From Amoebidium appalachense (taxonomy: Eukaryota; Protista; Ichthyosporea), in assembly GCA_963693365.1 (NCBI GenBank), contig CAVNZM010000016.1, forward strand, positions 4,429,957 through 4,493,956: a stretch of DNA of 64,000 nucleotides, in the 5' to 3' direction. Of this stretch, positions 1 through 61,066 are shown in pieces (the stretch's first letter is position 1; every line of letters starts with the position of its first letter). The notes under the pieces are model-generated. The model made no database searches and was not told the origin of the DNA. It saw only the letters and a program-made list of their open reading frames with translations. The position numbers and the translations under genes were made by a program.

Positions 1-269
1 TGTTTCTCGTCATGTAGTAGTACTTCTAACGTGTTATTCGCTCGATTCCCCTCCCCCCCCCCCCCCTCCCCCCTCCCCCCTCCCCCCTCCCCGATAACGG
101 GGCCATTCTGTGTACCTTTCCGTGTACGTTCAGCCCCTGTCCTCCTCACCCACCCACCCACCCACACACACACCACACACGCGCGCACGCACGCACACAC
201 ATGCACACATGCACACACATGTACACACGTACACACTTGCACACGAACGCATGGACACATCTCCCAACA

Positions 270-300
<31 letters not shown>

Positions 301-587
301 CCCCTCCTCCCCCTCCCCAGACACACACACACACACACATACCTGTCCTCTCTCTATAAGTCATTTCTCTCTTCTTCCTCCCTGTCCCCCCTCCCCGGCC
401 CCCCTCCCTCCCCCCCTCTTTTTTTTTTTTGTGTGTGTGTGGGGGGGAAGGTGCAGTAGTTAATTTGCTCATCTAATCGGGGTTTGTTTTGGTGGGCATC
501 CAGAGATGGGAGAGAGTGAGACGGAGCTTCAAAACCAGGCCGTGGGTGGCAGTAAGTGCTCAAACCCCCCCCCCCCCCCCCCCTTTC

Positions 588-619
<32 letters not shown>

Positions 620-621
620 TC

Positions 622-954
622 CTTTTGTGTTTCGTCGTAGAGGTGCATGGGTTGAATTTGGGTACTGTGGATGACTTTGACCCCCCTGAGAATGGGCTCT
701 GCTCACTAAGCATACTCTTCATGTGTGGTTTGCACTCTGCATTATGTTTTCCATTATGAAGGTGTGCGACTATTTCTAAAACACATTCCCCCCCCCCCCC
801 CCCCCTCCCCCCCCCCCTCCCCCCCCCCCTTTCCTCCCTTCCCGCCGGAGATGGGCTCTACCTATGATACATGCTCTTTGTGTTGGCATTGCAAAAGCTG
901 CATTTTTGTTGTCCGTCGTCATTGAGTACCTGGTACTATGGGTACATCCTTAAC
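622..954 (+). mobile_element. Two stacked 5'-truncated copies of the poly(C)-associated 3' module
   Basis: 622-789 contains gggtactgtggatgac..cccccctgagaatgggctctgc..catactc; 846-954 begins gatgggctct. Both are bounded by C-runs. Confidence 0.65.
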
Positions 955-1140
955 CCCCCCCCCCCCTCCCTCCCCCCGCCCCCTTCGCCGGCCCGCCCGC
1001 TCGCAAACACAAACACACACACACGTGTGTTTGAATGTGGGCTCAATGTTGTGGCCATGTATATGCCTTGTACAAGGACATACGTACGATGTAATGGTCA
1101 GATCTTGGCACCCTTGTTTATGTCCTAGTATATAAAAGTG

Positions 1141-1172
<32 letters not shown>

Positions 1173-1276
1173 AAACACACACACGCACACGTGCACGAAC
1201 ATCCGCGCGCACACACGCACACACGGCACGCACGCACGCACGCACGAACACGCAAGGGACACCCGCACACACACCC

Positions 1277-1441
<165 letters not shown>

Positions 1442-1445
1442 CCAG

Positions 1446-8577
<7,132 letters not shown>

Positions 8578-9323
8578 GGTTAAACGAGAATATCATGTTT
8601 GATTTTACTGCCTCAGTTACTGGCAATTTTTTCCATACCGGTGTGCTTAGAGTGTGGGTACCACCACCAGGGAGCAAAGTCTACCAGACGAGACCGAGCA
8701 CGTAGTAATGGTTAAAATAATGTGGAGTCTCGTCCTTGATATGCTTCGTTGCATGTACCTGCATATTTATGTTCATTTATTTTGTTGGGCACGGTTTAGA
8801 GTTCGATCGATCATGAATTATTCAAGCATGGGGCGACTCCTTAGCGCCTAACACCAGCTTTACGGATTTCTCCGTACTACATAGTAATCAATGCGGTAGG
8901 GTAACTTATGGTATGACAAGGGTAGTGATAGTGGTTCGTGATGCTCGTTGTAGTAATGATTATCTTACGAAGGACGGTTTTGGATATCGATTTGAAATTT
9001 TTCTATATTTTTAGCTTTCAAGCAGCTGTACATGTGCAATCGACGGTTTCAGTTTCGCTCTCGGAATGAAAGCACTGGCTGGATATATGCTAATTTGACA
9101 TGGTTTCATGGTTGTTTTTGTGCCGCGTACATGTGTGTGTGACTGTGCGTGTGTGCGTGTGTGTGTGTGTGCATGTGCACAAGGCATACTTACCTCGTGT
9201 GACCTCACACATGTGCACATGTACATTTACACGCGTACAGCCTCATAGCACACACTCGTACACATGGTCATTCGATCATATCCCGGCCGCAAAAATTACT
9301 GCAGGCACACAGTCACATGCATG

Positions 9324-9362
<39 letters not shown>

Positions 9363-9584
9363 CACGTGTACACGTTGCACACACACGCACACAAACCAAC
9401 TGTAATAAACCTGCAGCTGGCGGTACTGGCAGTACGTCACCGGACATACTCGAGTAACGACAAAGGCTTATGCACCGCCGTGACCACGCACGTCTGGACC
9501 TCGTATGTATGTAGTGCCGGACTACAAGAAAAGGCAGTGTTATTTAGCCTTATGAAAGTTTAAGGTAAAATTTATTGTCACCGG

Positions 9585-9621
<37 letters not shown>

Positions 9622-10484
9622 AAAGGGGGTGGGGGTGGGGGGGGGGGGGGGGGGGGGGGGGGGGAATATGTGTTGACGGTGTGACGTCACAGAGCTCCAA
9701 AGGGTGATACGTTTCAAACCAATCGGATTAATTGCAAACAACGGTGCGCAGGAAAGGAAGCCAATCACCCTCCCGATACTTATACCCATATATGGCAAAT
9801 ACCATTTGATGCAAATGGAATTTTCCAAGATAAACCGTTTTACGATATTTTGTTTTGTGGATAAAAGGAAAAAGAGAATTAAACCACCCTTTGCCGATCG
9901 CGATGTAACGTGCTAATTAGATTCCGGCGATAATTGTATGTAATTATGCGTACACCTTGGGAATGTATGTTGTATAAATCAAAAACTACGCATTGCTTTC
10001 CTTTCTATAGATAAATTCTTTGTTTGAAAATTTATTTTCTTCACATCTGGAGTTTTTATTATTTCTCTTGACGGGATCAAATATAAAAGATTGAGAATTA
10101 TTGAAGTGCTTTAGACCCCACCATAAGGTGAAATTCTTTTTAGAAATTGTATTCGGTAAAGCGAACTTCCTTTTTCGATAATTTTATGGGGGAAAAAACA
10201 ACGCAGTTCCGGCCGGCGCCCAGCGCGGGGCCCAGGAACGGCCTCACACTCAACTTCAACATCCAACTCACCTCAACAATTCTACGTTAATGGGTGTGTG
10301 GTATAATAGCATGCTTAATCCCAGTCTGAAGTCTGTAACGGCTTCTGTAAGCTAAAGCGCTGTCGGGCACTGTTCCAACCCCGGAGCAAAAGGGAGGGAT
10401 AACTATAGCACATGTTTTGGTGTTGAAGAAAGACAAGATAAGTAAACAGAAATAAAGAGGATCTTAGTGCATCAGGGCTTCAAA

Positions 10485-24956
<14,472 letters not shown>

Positions 24957-25246
24957 TTTCGGCGGGTGGCTGTTGTTTTATATTGTTTTATTTCCTTTTT
25001 TAATGCCTTTTAAAGGTAGTTGAATATACTGTGCCCCGGGGGAGGGGGGGGGGGGGGGATAGCGGTGGTGGTGTGTATGTGCGTGGGGGGGGGGGGGGGG
25101 GGGGGGGTGTTGAATGCTCAAGAAAATGTGCCAGGAATGATTCCGTGCGGTGGCAATCTTACGATGTGTTAGTTAATGTCTTTGGTTCCTGACATTAAAC
25201 ATTCTTCATATTGTGTGGGGGGATAATGGTGGTGGTGGTGGATGGT

Positions 25247-25312
<66 letters not shown>

Positions 25313-25859
25313 GGAAAGGCACGAAGGCTGGAGTTTGTCTGTTGGAAATGGACAGTGCCGTTCGACCGGGGCCAGAAAAGAGGGGGGGGGGGGGGGGATA
25401 TATGAGTAAAATATTTTCTGTAAGCTTTCCTGACTTGTGGTATTGCATTACTTCACAACCACGCTAGTTATGTATCGAAATTGCGGCCTATTAAGTAGTA
25501 ACTAATGGTAGTAAAGTAATTGTATGCTGTAACTGTGTAAATGCAGCATATAAATATGCAGAGTTGCAAGGAATTCTATTCTAATATTAGGTGTGATCAC
25601 GAGATCTCTAGAGGAGTTGGCAGCGAGCTGATAGGGATTGCATCTCAAGATTTTGTGGTGAGTTCTTGACAAGGCCTCCAATTGTTAGTATCTAGGAGGC
25701 CTTGGTTCTTGACTGATTACATGGATCTGAAAAACAATGATAATGAAAATGCAAACAGCATACAGTAAGTTTAATATCATAATGTGTGTGCACGTGTGCA
25801 TGCAACGTGCGTGTGCGCGCAACACGCGCGCGTTCCTGAGTCTGTGTCTGTGTGTACAT

Positions 25860-26002
<143 letters not shown>

Positions 26003-27865
26003 TGAAACTTTATGCATCTCTTGCGGGACGAAAGGACAAAACGTGGTGAAATTATGGGGCAAAGTATTTGCCATCCACTTGCATGTAGAGGCTGCCGGCA
26101 TGTAAAGAATCGCAATTCCCGTGCACCACAAACACAGTGTACCACGCAACTAGTACTAAACAAAAAAAACTGCTTATCACCTCTGTGTGCATACGATTGT
26201 TCATCCTCAAGTTTGAACTGCGTGCATTATCACATTACTACACTACCCCCTTCTGTATAACCCCCCCCCCCCCCCCCCAACCAACCAACCAACCAAAAAA
26301 AAAAAAAAAAAAAAAAGAACCTACCCCAGCCTCAAGTTGACCGACCCTTGAAAATGTACGCGTCCTCATTTTAACTATGAAGCCCATCCACCCAAATTAT
26401 CCATGTCACCATATTTCTATGAGCCTAGTCCGCAAATGTTAACCAATCCGTTTACCCGTGCATTCTCTAGCACATTCACCTCGGCCTGGGAAAAATAAAC
26501 CTGCGCCTGTGTGCGAATACGTGACAGTAGTCACTAGTCCGCCAGGCATCTGGCCTTAACGTTAACGTTATGAAGGACACTATACAGTAGGGCAGTGTGC
26601 CACGTGTTTGCACATGGGGTGAGCCACTATTCTATATAGTTCCCATGATACATATTCCATGGCCGGGCGCGGCGATTTCCTATTAGAGCTCCTGTCGTTG
26701 ACACTCGTCGCCAGTCATTTAGTGTTGTAGTGACTAATAATGTTAGTAGGTATTCGAATTCTGAATATGAGAGAGCCGGAAGTTCACCCGATATCGTTTG
26801 CAACAAATTCAGAATCTCAGCTATATACGTACGGCGCGTGATCATAATTTAAAGTGTGAATATATATACATGCCATGCATGTTCAAAGGCAACCCAGCGG
26901 GAAAAAAAAAAAAAAAAAAAAAAAAAAAGTTATATATATACACCGTATGCAAACATGGACCTCAACACAGCGGTAGACCCAATTAGTCACCGACTGTTAC
27001 TACATGACCCTGGCCCGGAAGTTGTAAAAACAAAAAAGGTGTAAGGATCGGCCGGAGTGAGCGTGTGAAATTCATGTTACAGCAGTGAACATATATGCAT
27101 ACGAAGAGGGCAGGGGTCACCAGGCTCGAATTCTCGGGCCGGCACCAACATCTACATACATATCTTAGATACAGACAACATGTTCCGGTTTTTATTGTTG
27201 TTAGCTAACAGTAGGAGTTCCTGAGCTTGAGCAAATATACAAACTTACGCTTTGAAAAGGAAAAAGGACTGTTCACTAATTAGTGCCATCGAGATCTGAA
27301 ATTTCAGTCGAAATACGAGTAGGTATACAGCCAATAAATTGCCCAGGGGCAACATACAAAAGGTCCAAACCACTGCAGGCCTAGCAAAAAGAAAACGGAA
27401 AAAAGAAAAGAAGAAAAAATAATAATAATAAAAGATAAATTCAAATACAGTGCATACAACACCCCGGCGTCCCGCACCACAAAGCGGGCCTGAAACAATT
27501 CTACATACTGTACACGTATATCTCTAACCACATAACATGATGCGTTCAAGGGTCTACTTGAAATCGTCAAACCAATAAATTCGTATACTCAAACACAAAA
27601 AAGTGTCTCCGTCTCACATCACCATTACACACATATGTACTGTAACATGTACATAGTGTCTTGTAGCGGGTGCTTTCAGCTTTATAGGCCCTCTCGGGTC
27701 AGGCCAACATGCAGTTCAAACGCCTCTCGCATGAATCATGAAACATAATATAAAATCCCTTCCGTGTCTGACCCGACCCGAATTCTGAAAAAAAAAAAAC
27801 CCCCCACAAGTCTCTTATCACCTTCACACACCCATGTCGTGCCTACGCCACCACCCCGCACCCCA

Positions 27866-28010
27866 TCACCTCAAGCACACCAACACACACGGACCACTGT
27901 GCAATATCTTGATTCCTGCCTGTTGTGCTGCAGCAACTGCCCTATCGCTCTCACTGCCCGGTTGCAGCCACATGTAGCCAATGCCAAGACGCGCTGCTTC
28001 GCTCACCACC

Positions 28011-28043
<33 letters not shown>

Positions 28044-28045
28044 GT

Positions 28046-28077
<32 letters not shown>

Positions 28078-28204
28078 TGAATGCGGAACACGGTACGAAG
28101 TACGCATACACGATGAGAAGCATGGTGCAGGACACATGCAAAGGCAAACATTCAAGTATGCAACATCAGCCATGCGCACAGTATGCGTCATAAGCAGAGC
28201 CCAT

Positions 28205-28247
<43 letters not shown>

Positions 28248-28419
28248 AGAATGTGTGGCAGAGTGGTGAGGTGGACTTTTACAACAGACAACACAACGTA
28301 AAATGTTGCAAAATGAAGGCGGGGAGGCCGGGGGGGGGGGGGGGGGGGGGGGAGAAGGGAGAGGTGAAGAGAGGAAACGGACGGCTGCTTGCGTGTTTTG
28401 TGTTTTGTATTGTCTGCCT

Positions 28420-28490
<71 letters not shown>

Positions 28491-30280
28491 TGAGCAAATA
28501 TCTCGAGTTACTCCTACTAGATCAAGAATACACACAAAAGGTATATGCACATCGTATAGCCTCGGGCAAACCTTCGGCGCGTGGCAAGGTGAATTATATG
28601 AATATATTTTACAAATACATAGATAAATAAAGAAATCGTTTGGAATAAATGGTAGTCCCACCTCCTCGGTAACCTCTGGGTGAGTGATGACACGGCATCT
28701 TTTAAACATTTGGGTCCCCGTGATCAGAAGAGGTCTCACACACAATGAAATAAATTGACAAAATACATGCATAAATAAATAAATCACAATAATAAATAAA
28801 TAAATAAACAAACAAATAATTCTAAAAAATCAAAGGTAACCCCACCTCCTATGTAACCTCTGGGTGTGTGATGACTGACACGGCGGATCCTTCGGGTTTT
28901 GAAATTGGGCAGGTGACACACACACACACACACACACACACCCACGGAAAAAACAATTGAACATATAGATAAATATTTAACAAACAAAATAATAATCATG
29001 ATGTGCAACTAATTTAAAGGTAAACACACCTCCTCGGTAACCTCTGGGTGAGTGATAACTGACACGGCATATTTCTTTGGGTCCTCGAGATCAGATAGGT
29101 GGCGCACACAGCGGATTCCTTCGATGGGTTGGCCCTTTGGGTTCACTGCTACTACTTCCTGCACATTAGCAAGGTGAAAAGAAAAGTGAGCAAAAAAATA
29201 TCTTACATAATAGTCTGATGAAAAAGGGTGGGTGGGATGCTAAGATCTAGAGGGTAGAGGCAAGAGAGAGAGGGGGAAAGAAGGGGAAGATGGAAGGAGG
29301 GGGAGGGGGGGGAGGGAAGACAGAGAGGGGGGGGGAAGGGGAGGATGGAGGGAGGAGAGGGGAGAGCAAGAGAGACTGAAATAGAGAGAAAGAGAGTGAG
29401 AGGGAGAGTAAGAGAGTGAGAGAGTGTGTGTGTTGTGTGGGAAGGGGGGGGGGGGGGGGGGGGGGGGGGAGGGGGGGAAGGGAAAGGGGTAGTTGGGGAG
29501 GGTGATGAAAGAGTAATGGAAGGTAATGGTGCAGGCGGGTGTCGGATATGGGAAGAAAAAGGCGGGCGGCCGGGGGGTGGAGGGGGAGGGGGGGGAGGGG
29601 GGGGGATGTAGCTATATATCTGTATATGGATGTGAAGATAATCGGTGGGTGATTGCGGTTCAGATGAAGAACAGAGACACAGAAAGGGGGGATGGAAGCG
29701 GAGGGGAAAGGGGGGAGGGGGGGGGGGGGGGGGGGGATTGGTCTGTTGCTGTATCAATAGAAAGAAAAAAAAAGGGGCTATGAGAACCGATAAATGCCAC
29801 TTTGAAAGCTTAACCATCATGAAAAAAGGCACGATTAAACTACGAGAGCCTGGGAATCGGGGGAGGAGGAGGAGGGGGGTTGGGGGTTTTGGGGGGGGGG
29901 GGGAGGGGGGGGGGGGGGGAGGGGTAATAGTGTGAGGGGGTGGTGTAGGACCGGACGGAGGGGGCAAAGAAGCGGGATGTTAGAAAAAAAGAAGACCGAG
30001 GGACGAACAGAGCAGATCCAAAGAGCAAGGCAAAGGAGAAGCTAAACCAGCAGCAGAAGCCATAAGAGCTTAAGAGGATGGGTATAAGAAAACGAAAAGA
30101 AGAAGAAGAGAGATGTGCACAATAGGAGAAAAGGCCGGGGGGCCGGGGGGGAGGGGGGAGGGGGGAGGGGGGAGGGGCAGGCCAGGACATGTTGTGGCAG
30201 AGCTGCACCCTCTCCTTCCACCCGTGTTCCCTCCCTCTCTCCCTCTCCCTCTCCCTCCCCCTGGAGCCCCTCTAACTCCG

Positions 30281-30314
<34 letters not shown>

Positions 30315-30730
30315 TCTCTCTCTCCCCCTCTCTCTCTCTCTCTCTCTCTCCCCCCCTCCCTCCCCCCCCCTCCCCCCCCCCCTCTCTCCATCACTCTCGT
30401 TCTCATTCGCTCTTACGTTCATTCCCTCCCCCCATCTCCTACCCCCCTCCCCCCCCCCTCCCTTCTCCCCCCCCCCCCCTCCCCCCCCTTACTCCCTCCC
30501 ACCTCCCCTCCTTCCCTCAGTCCCTCCCTCCTTCTCTCGTTCCCTCCCCCCTCCCTCTTCTCCCCCTGTCTTTCCTCCTTTTCTAACTCATCATTGAAAC
30601 CAATATTCAAGCCAAGTAATTTGTTCTTCTCGAACGCACCAGGTGACCGAACCATTAAAGCAAACAGCACTGGCCATCACACACACACACACACACGCAC
30701 ACACACAAGCACCCACGCGCACACACAAAC

Positions 30731-30825
<95 letters not shown>

Positions 30826-30967
30826 CCTTGTTGTGTTTAACGTAGTTCCGCAGCACCATATTGCCATATTTGGAGCGATCTGCGCTGGCCCCCACCACAG
30901 CAAACGCTTTTTGCGCAAGAAACTCAGCCACGAGGCCCAAGTCGGCTGTTGCCGCCCTGTGTGCCAT
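27866..30967 (-). CDS. CoA-binding domain protein (YccU-like, Rossmann fold)
   Basis: Exons 30967-30827 (FAVVGASADRSKYGNMVLR), 29158-29030 (VVAVNPKGQPIEG..AVSVITHPEVT) and 28009-27866 (LGIGYMWLQPGSES..GPCVL). All introns are phase 0 and GT-AG. The C-terminus could instead splice at 27881. Confidence 0.9.
28076..28205 (-). mobile_element. 5'-truncated subfamily C copy in a G-run
   Basis: The reverse complement gatgggctctgcttatgacgcatac..ccgcattcaaa matches 54441-54575; bounded by G-runs on both sides. Confidence 0.8.
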
Positions 30968-33132
30968 ATTGAGAGTCGTGTGGCGAAAGGCTCAAATCCT
31001 TTAACAAAATATTTCGAGCGAATCAAGGAATGTTTGAAGTTTTGAGGGTGAGACTGAGAACAAGAAAGAAAGTTTGAAACTTGATTGAGGCGGCGGGGAG
31101 CTGGCGGCGGGTGAAGGGACACCCAATAAGAATTAAGTATGACGTCTGGCGATACACGTTAAGCCAATAGACACAGGCTAAAGACGTCATCTCAAAATTT
31201 CCGTCAAAACCTCCTCACAGCACTATGTCCTTGCAATTCCTGGTGTGCTCGTGATGTGTCATTGAGCAGATTTGTCATTGCTACATAACAGCTGGATTGT
31301 CACATTGGAAACACGTAGTAAAAATAGGCCCAAATCTCGGTAGCACATCCCCGTAATCACAGTTATGTAAGCCTGCAGCTGCTTCATTCACTGCAGCTGC
31401 GTATGCCTCTACGGTTCAGCTTGGTCTTTCTTAACCTAGGCAGAAGCCTTACTGTCCCTTGACCGTCATGATGCTTCGTGCACACGAGCATTGAAAATTT
31501 TTATTCTTGACATGGTAACTTGGACTAAACGGCCGAGTTCGACTGCAAGTGGCCACAGTACTACCACACCAGTTGCTAGGCCTCTGCTATCCGATGACGG
31601 CCATCTTTGCCAACGTAACACGGACTTTTAGAATTTGTGCAGGATATATCCTCCATCATAGTACATACTGTGGTCAACAGGTGCCTGGCGCAACAGACGC
31701 AAACAGGCGCAACAGGCGCAAACAGCAACACCTCTCCCCCCCCCCCCCCCCCTCCCCCCCCCCCCCCCCCCCCACTTCCCCCAAGTCCAATGCATGGGTA
31801 TCCAAGTATGCATATCCGGGAGCCTGCAGCCAATAGATCGCTCTGTGACATGAAGCGTCATCTTGCTATCTATTGGCTGCAGGAGAGGGGGGCAAGCAAC
31901 TAAACGGCAATAGAACCTACCTGCATGCGCTATTCCTATTGGATTCCTATCTAACATCTTTAGCAACATTGGTCATCCCCCCCCCCCCCCCCCCAGGCCC
32001 CAGGCAATCAATAGCAATCACAGCACTATGATGACGTCACGTGACAACCATCATCCATGTCGATCGCGATGGTGGGGGTGCGCATAAACATAACTACTAA
32101 CGAAAACTTTGGTTTTATATAATGTTTAAGCGTATATGCGCTCATAGAGCACTATGTTTTGTAAAATCAAGCCTTTTTTATAATCAAGCCTTTTTTTAGA
32201 TCAAAATAATTTACAAAAGCAAATAGTATTTTGTTTAACAATCTCTTACATATAACTGCTCTGTAATTCGGGGACTTCACTTTCACTTCGATCACTTTCC
32301 TTTCACATCAATTTTTTTTCCCGATTTTCCACCATGACGGGTATATAAGAGCTTTCGCTTCTTTCTTTTTGTGGCAAGGGGAAGTCCCACGCTGGGGAGG
32401 GACTTGCGAGCAGTTGTATTCTTGCGTGTTGAGTTCTATGATTGCCTTCGGCACGCGGTTGTGATATGCTTGTGTGCTACATCTCTCCATCTGGTGTCAT
32501 CCTCATGTTTCTCTGAAGCCCGGCATGATGGTGGTTACTATGGTGGCCGCGAGTGCTTCTCGCTTTGGGGGTTGACTGGGTCGTTGCTTGTCTCCTTCTA
32601 CGTTGTCTCCATCTCTGCATCCATCTTCAAAATGCGGCATGGCCTTGGTCACTCCGCGGCGCGCGTTTGTGGTGGTTTTGTCGCTGAGTAGGACGCCGAG
32701 AAGCGTCCCTTGTTAGCCACAATCACGAGCTCTCACTGCGGCTCTTGCTGAGCATTGCAGAACCTTTTCTCGTTGGAACGCACACTACTTGAATGTGTCT
32801 TCTCTTTTGCGTGCCTTGCTACTCACGCCGCCACCTACCCCGCCCCGTACACGAAAGCGACACCGCCGGACCGAGATATCACCATCACCGCCTCCCGCCC
32901 CGCCACCACCATCCTGGCAGGCACCCGACGGCCACATAAATGCGCCATACCAATTCACCTGGCTTGCACCAGGTAGAGCCCGACCTCCCAATGGTGACCA
33001 CTACTACCTCCACAAAGACAGACACACCGGCCACTCGATCTGGTTACTACAAAATTACCAGTGACCGCCTCAGAACTAAGTTAACTGCCACATAACTGAC
33101 AGGCCTCGTGACCGGATGCCGCTGAGTCAGGT

Positions 33133-33251
<119 letters not shown>

Positions 33252-33469
33252 ACGCACACTACCACACACACGCACACAGGCACACACACTGGCACATACC
33301 GCACACCACATGCACCCGCACTCTTGACCCATGCACTCAGTCGCACGTGCCCTTTAGATCTATCTAGACTTAGAGTGTGTATAGCCGCAGCAAAAATGTA
33401 TATTTAAAATGGCATGTAATGTATATGATGGGCCATTATAGGGCGTCCCCTGCTGTGCAGTGTCCTATA

Positions 33470-35105
<1,636 letters not shown>

Positions 35106-36000
35106 TAGTGGAAATGGCTGATGGATTTTGGGACTTTGCCACAGCCACGCGCGACACTCCCCATCGGTGTCTCTTAGCAACTAGCTGGCCGGGCGATAGC
35201 TTTCTCACCTCTCTGCGTACCTTCTCTTTTCGTTGTCTCTAGCTAGCTCTGCCTACTGTTTTTGCTTTTGCTTACCCTTGTTTCTTTTGCATGAGCTCGG
35301 GGCGAGCTCACCGCCGCCCGGGGGATGTATGAGCGAGATATCCCTTGGATAGTCGGGCCTATAGACCCCCCTCTCTGATAGACCCCCCTGGCATGCCCCT
35401 AGCCTGCCGCACGCATCATGCCAGCTCAGTCTCTCGCTGGCGCTCTCTCGTTCAGGTCTGATCCTTTCTTGCTGCCACGTGTCGTAGCTCTCGCGCACGT
35501 CCGACAATACGGGCTCGCCCACGTTATCACGAGGTCAGTGTCTCTTTGCCTGTCTTGTCTCCTTTCCGTGCCTGAAGCACGTTGATACACTATGCTTTAC
35601 GATGTTATCTAAAACAACATGTATCATCATAGTCACATTGAGTATTTATATGATTTTCACACAGTGTTCAGGTATCTCAGTATGCACTTGTTACTGGATA
35701 ACTCGTGAAGTTTTTATTGTTTTCTCAGTATGCCGTGCATACTTGCATATCTTTCCGTCGAATAAATCCAGTCAAAAGAAATTTTTTTTTTTTGACCGGT
35801 ATCTTCCTTTCATGAGCGGTTTTTTCTTTACCCCGGGATATCTAGATCACACATTATTGAATAATAAAGTCATTATAAAAAAAGTAATTCGTAATTTGTT
35901 TTATTGAGCAGGCTCAAGGGAGATAAGCAAAGATGCTATGATTGGCTCTTATTTCCTGATCGTTTCCAAAAAAAAATCGCGTTGACTGTGACATTTCTGT

Positions 36001-36060
36001 GTAACGTTGTCACGTTGTTATCACACCCTCGTAACGTTGTCACGTTGTTATCACACCCTC
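36001..36060. repeat. Perfect 30-bp tandem duplication about 130 bp upstream of the C2-gene ATG
   Basis: gtaacgttgtcacgttgttatcacaccctc x2. Confidence 0.9.
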
Positions 36061-36191
36061 CCCTTCCCTCTCCCTCATTTTTTCTAAATTCAGCCGACAA
36101 AGGAAGCTATTTTAATACTTTCCACCCTCAAAACAAAGCAGTAATTCTCTGGTTGTGAGGGGCCTTTGCGGCGCCCCAAATCACCGCAAAC

Positions 36192-59155
<22,964 letters not shown>

Positions 59156-59874
59156 TCAGTGTGGATATATAGGGCAATGGAAATCGATATTTTCAAGGGG
59201 GGGTTTTAGAGTATGGGAAAGAGCGTGGTAATTGTTGGGAGTCTCTTGTGGGTATTGGTGGTGTTGCCGAATATAGGTTAGATGGTGTTTGGTGGGCGGG
59301 TGGGGGGAGGGGGGGGAAGGGGGGGGGGGGGGGGGGGGGGAGGGCAAATATAAAAACGACTTAGTTGATCTGGCATGTAAATGGTTTCGGACATGGCACT
59401 TAGCTCGATTTCTAATGCCCAGAGGAAGACGTTTGCACGACTTAAAGTCAGTCTTTGTATGAAAATATGAAGCGGGATGGTTACGGCGGTTCATGAGACG
59501 ACAACACTATAATTAGCTTTTCTTTTTCTTTTTTTTCTTTTGTTTTCTTTTTCTCTCCTTCTTTTTTTTCCTCCCTCCCTGATGACAATAAGATGTGGAC
59601 GTGTGTTGGGTCTAATCAGGTGGTTTTTGAGGAATGCATGCTTTATTTATATATTGGTGTGATATGTTGGTAAGCTGATTATACCTTGTGTGGCATGTAC
59701 ATATACATAGATTTATGTTCTACCTGTACTTATGCATATTAAATACTTTCAGAATTGCTTCTGAGTCAGTCAGACTAGTAAGTTGGTGTTTTTATCACGC
59801 TGACTTGTAATGAGTAGGTTTGGGTTAAGATGGTTGTGTGTGGTTGTAGGTGGTGTGTGTATGGGTGTGTGTGT

Positions 59875-59946
<72 letters not shown>

Positions 59947-60789
59947 TCCACTTCTCCGTCTCATTCGAATTCATCTAATCATCAAAAAGAGACAAAGTGC
60001 AATCGCGCAATGCAATTGCACACAAAAAATCAGTTAAGCCGCCTGGTTTCTTTTCGCGATTCGAAAAGCACGAGACTGGAAAGGAGCTCGAGAAAAATGG
60101 CAACCTGAAAGCCAAACCTACTCATTACAAGTCAGCGTGATAGAGACACCAACAAAAAAGAAATGGACCCGGTGTGTGAGAGAGCTGCGGCCCAAGTATG
60201 AGCAGAGGGCAGACTATCTAGCGGTGTGTGTGTGTGTGTGTGTGTGTGTGTGACGTGTGTGTGCGTGTGTGTGGTGGAGGGGGAGGGGGGGGGGGGGGGG
60301 GGGAGGGGGGGTACCGGTTGGTTAGCGCGGCGGAGCTTCGAGGCGGCAGCCACTGTGTGTCTGTGTGTACATGGCACTGGTCCTTGTGTTTAAAAAATTT
60401 ATCGGTGTTTTCTCTGTTTTATTTTATTTCTTTCAAGCTTTTCATTCAGTATCAATGGATAATCCCCCTTAAATCATTCATCATCGAAGCCTCCCCCCCC
60501 CCTCCTTGCCTCCCTCTTATACATGCACACACTAGTTTCGCTCTTTCCTCCCTCCCCCCTCAGACCCTCGCACCCTCCCATGGGAGGCTTAAGGTGGTGG
60601 TGGTGGTGGTGGTGGGTGGGTGGGGGGGGGGGGGGGGGGGGGGGGGGAAGGTGGGAAAATTCAATGACTCAGTGCACTGCAGAGCTAAGTTGATTAAAGG
60701 GTCGGGCAAGGGATTGGAGGGGATGGGGTGTGGGGAGGGGGGAGAGGGGAGGGGGGGGATTGCCGTAAAGGCGGTTATGTTGCAGTGAT

Positions 60790-60977
60790 GTCAAAACGCA
60801 GGCAGGTTGTGTTTTATGGCACACATCTCACTAGATGTTAGTCTTCTGCTCCCCCCCCCCCTTCCTTCCCCTCCCCCCTCCCTTCTCCCCCCGCAAGAAC
60901 CAAAAAAAAAAAGATAAAAGAAAAGAGAGGGTGTGTGTGTGTGGGAGAGGGGAGTGGGGGAAGGGAGGAGGGGGAAG

Positions 60978-61008
<31 letters not shown>

Positions 61009-61066
61009 TAAGACTAACATCTAGGGAGATGTGTGCCGTCTATCACAACCTACCTGCTTTTTGCAT
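60790..61066. repeat. Foldback/MITE-like element with ~55-bp inverted repeats
   Basis: caaaacgcaggcaggttgtg..gcacacatctcactagatgttagtctt versus aagactaacatctagggagatgtgtgcc..cacaacctacctgcttttt; the inner arms are C-rich then G-rich. Confidence 0.75.

Noticed and set aside
26660-26672. GGCCGGGCGCGG, 7SL/Alu-like start
   Set aside because: The match ends after 12 nt with no further SRP RNA similarity.
32308-32490. Fanzor/TnpB-like motif (EYNCSQV resembling ExxTSQxC)
   Set aside because: No zinc-finger cysteines, no RuvC I/III motifs and multiple stops; the resemblance is too short.
35138-35590. Possible solo LTR
   Set aside because: TG..CA ends can be chosen, but no TSD or second copy is visible.
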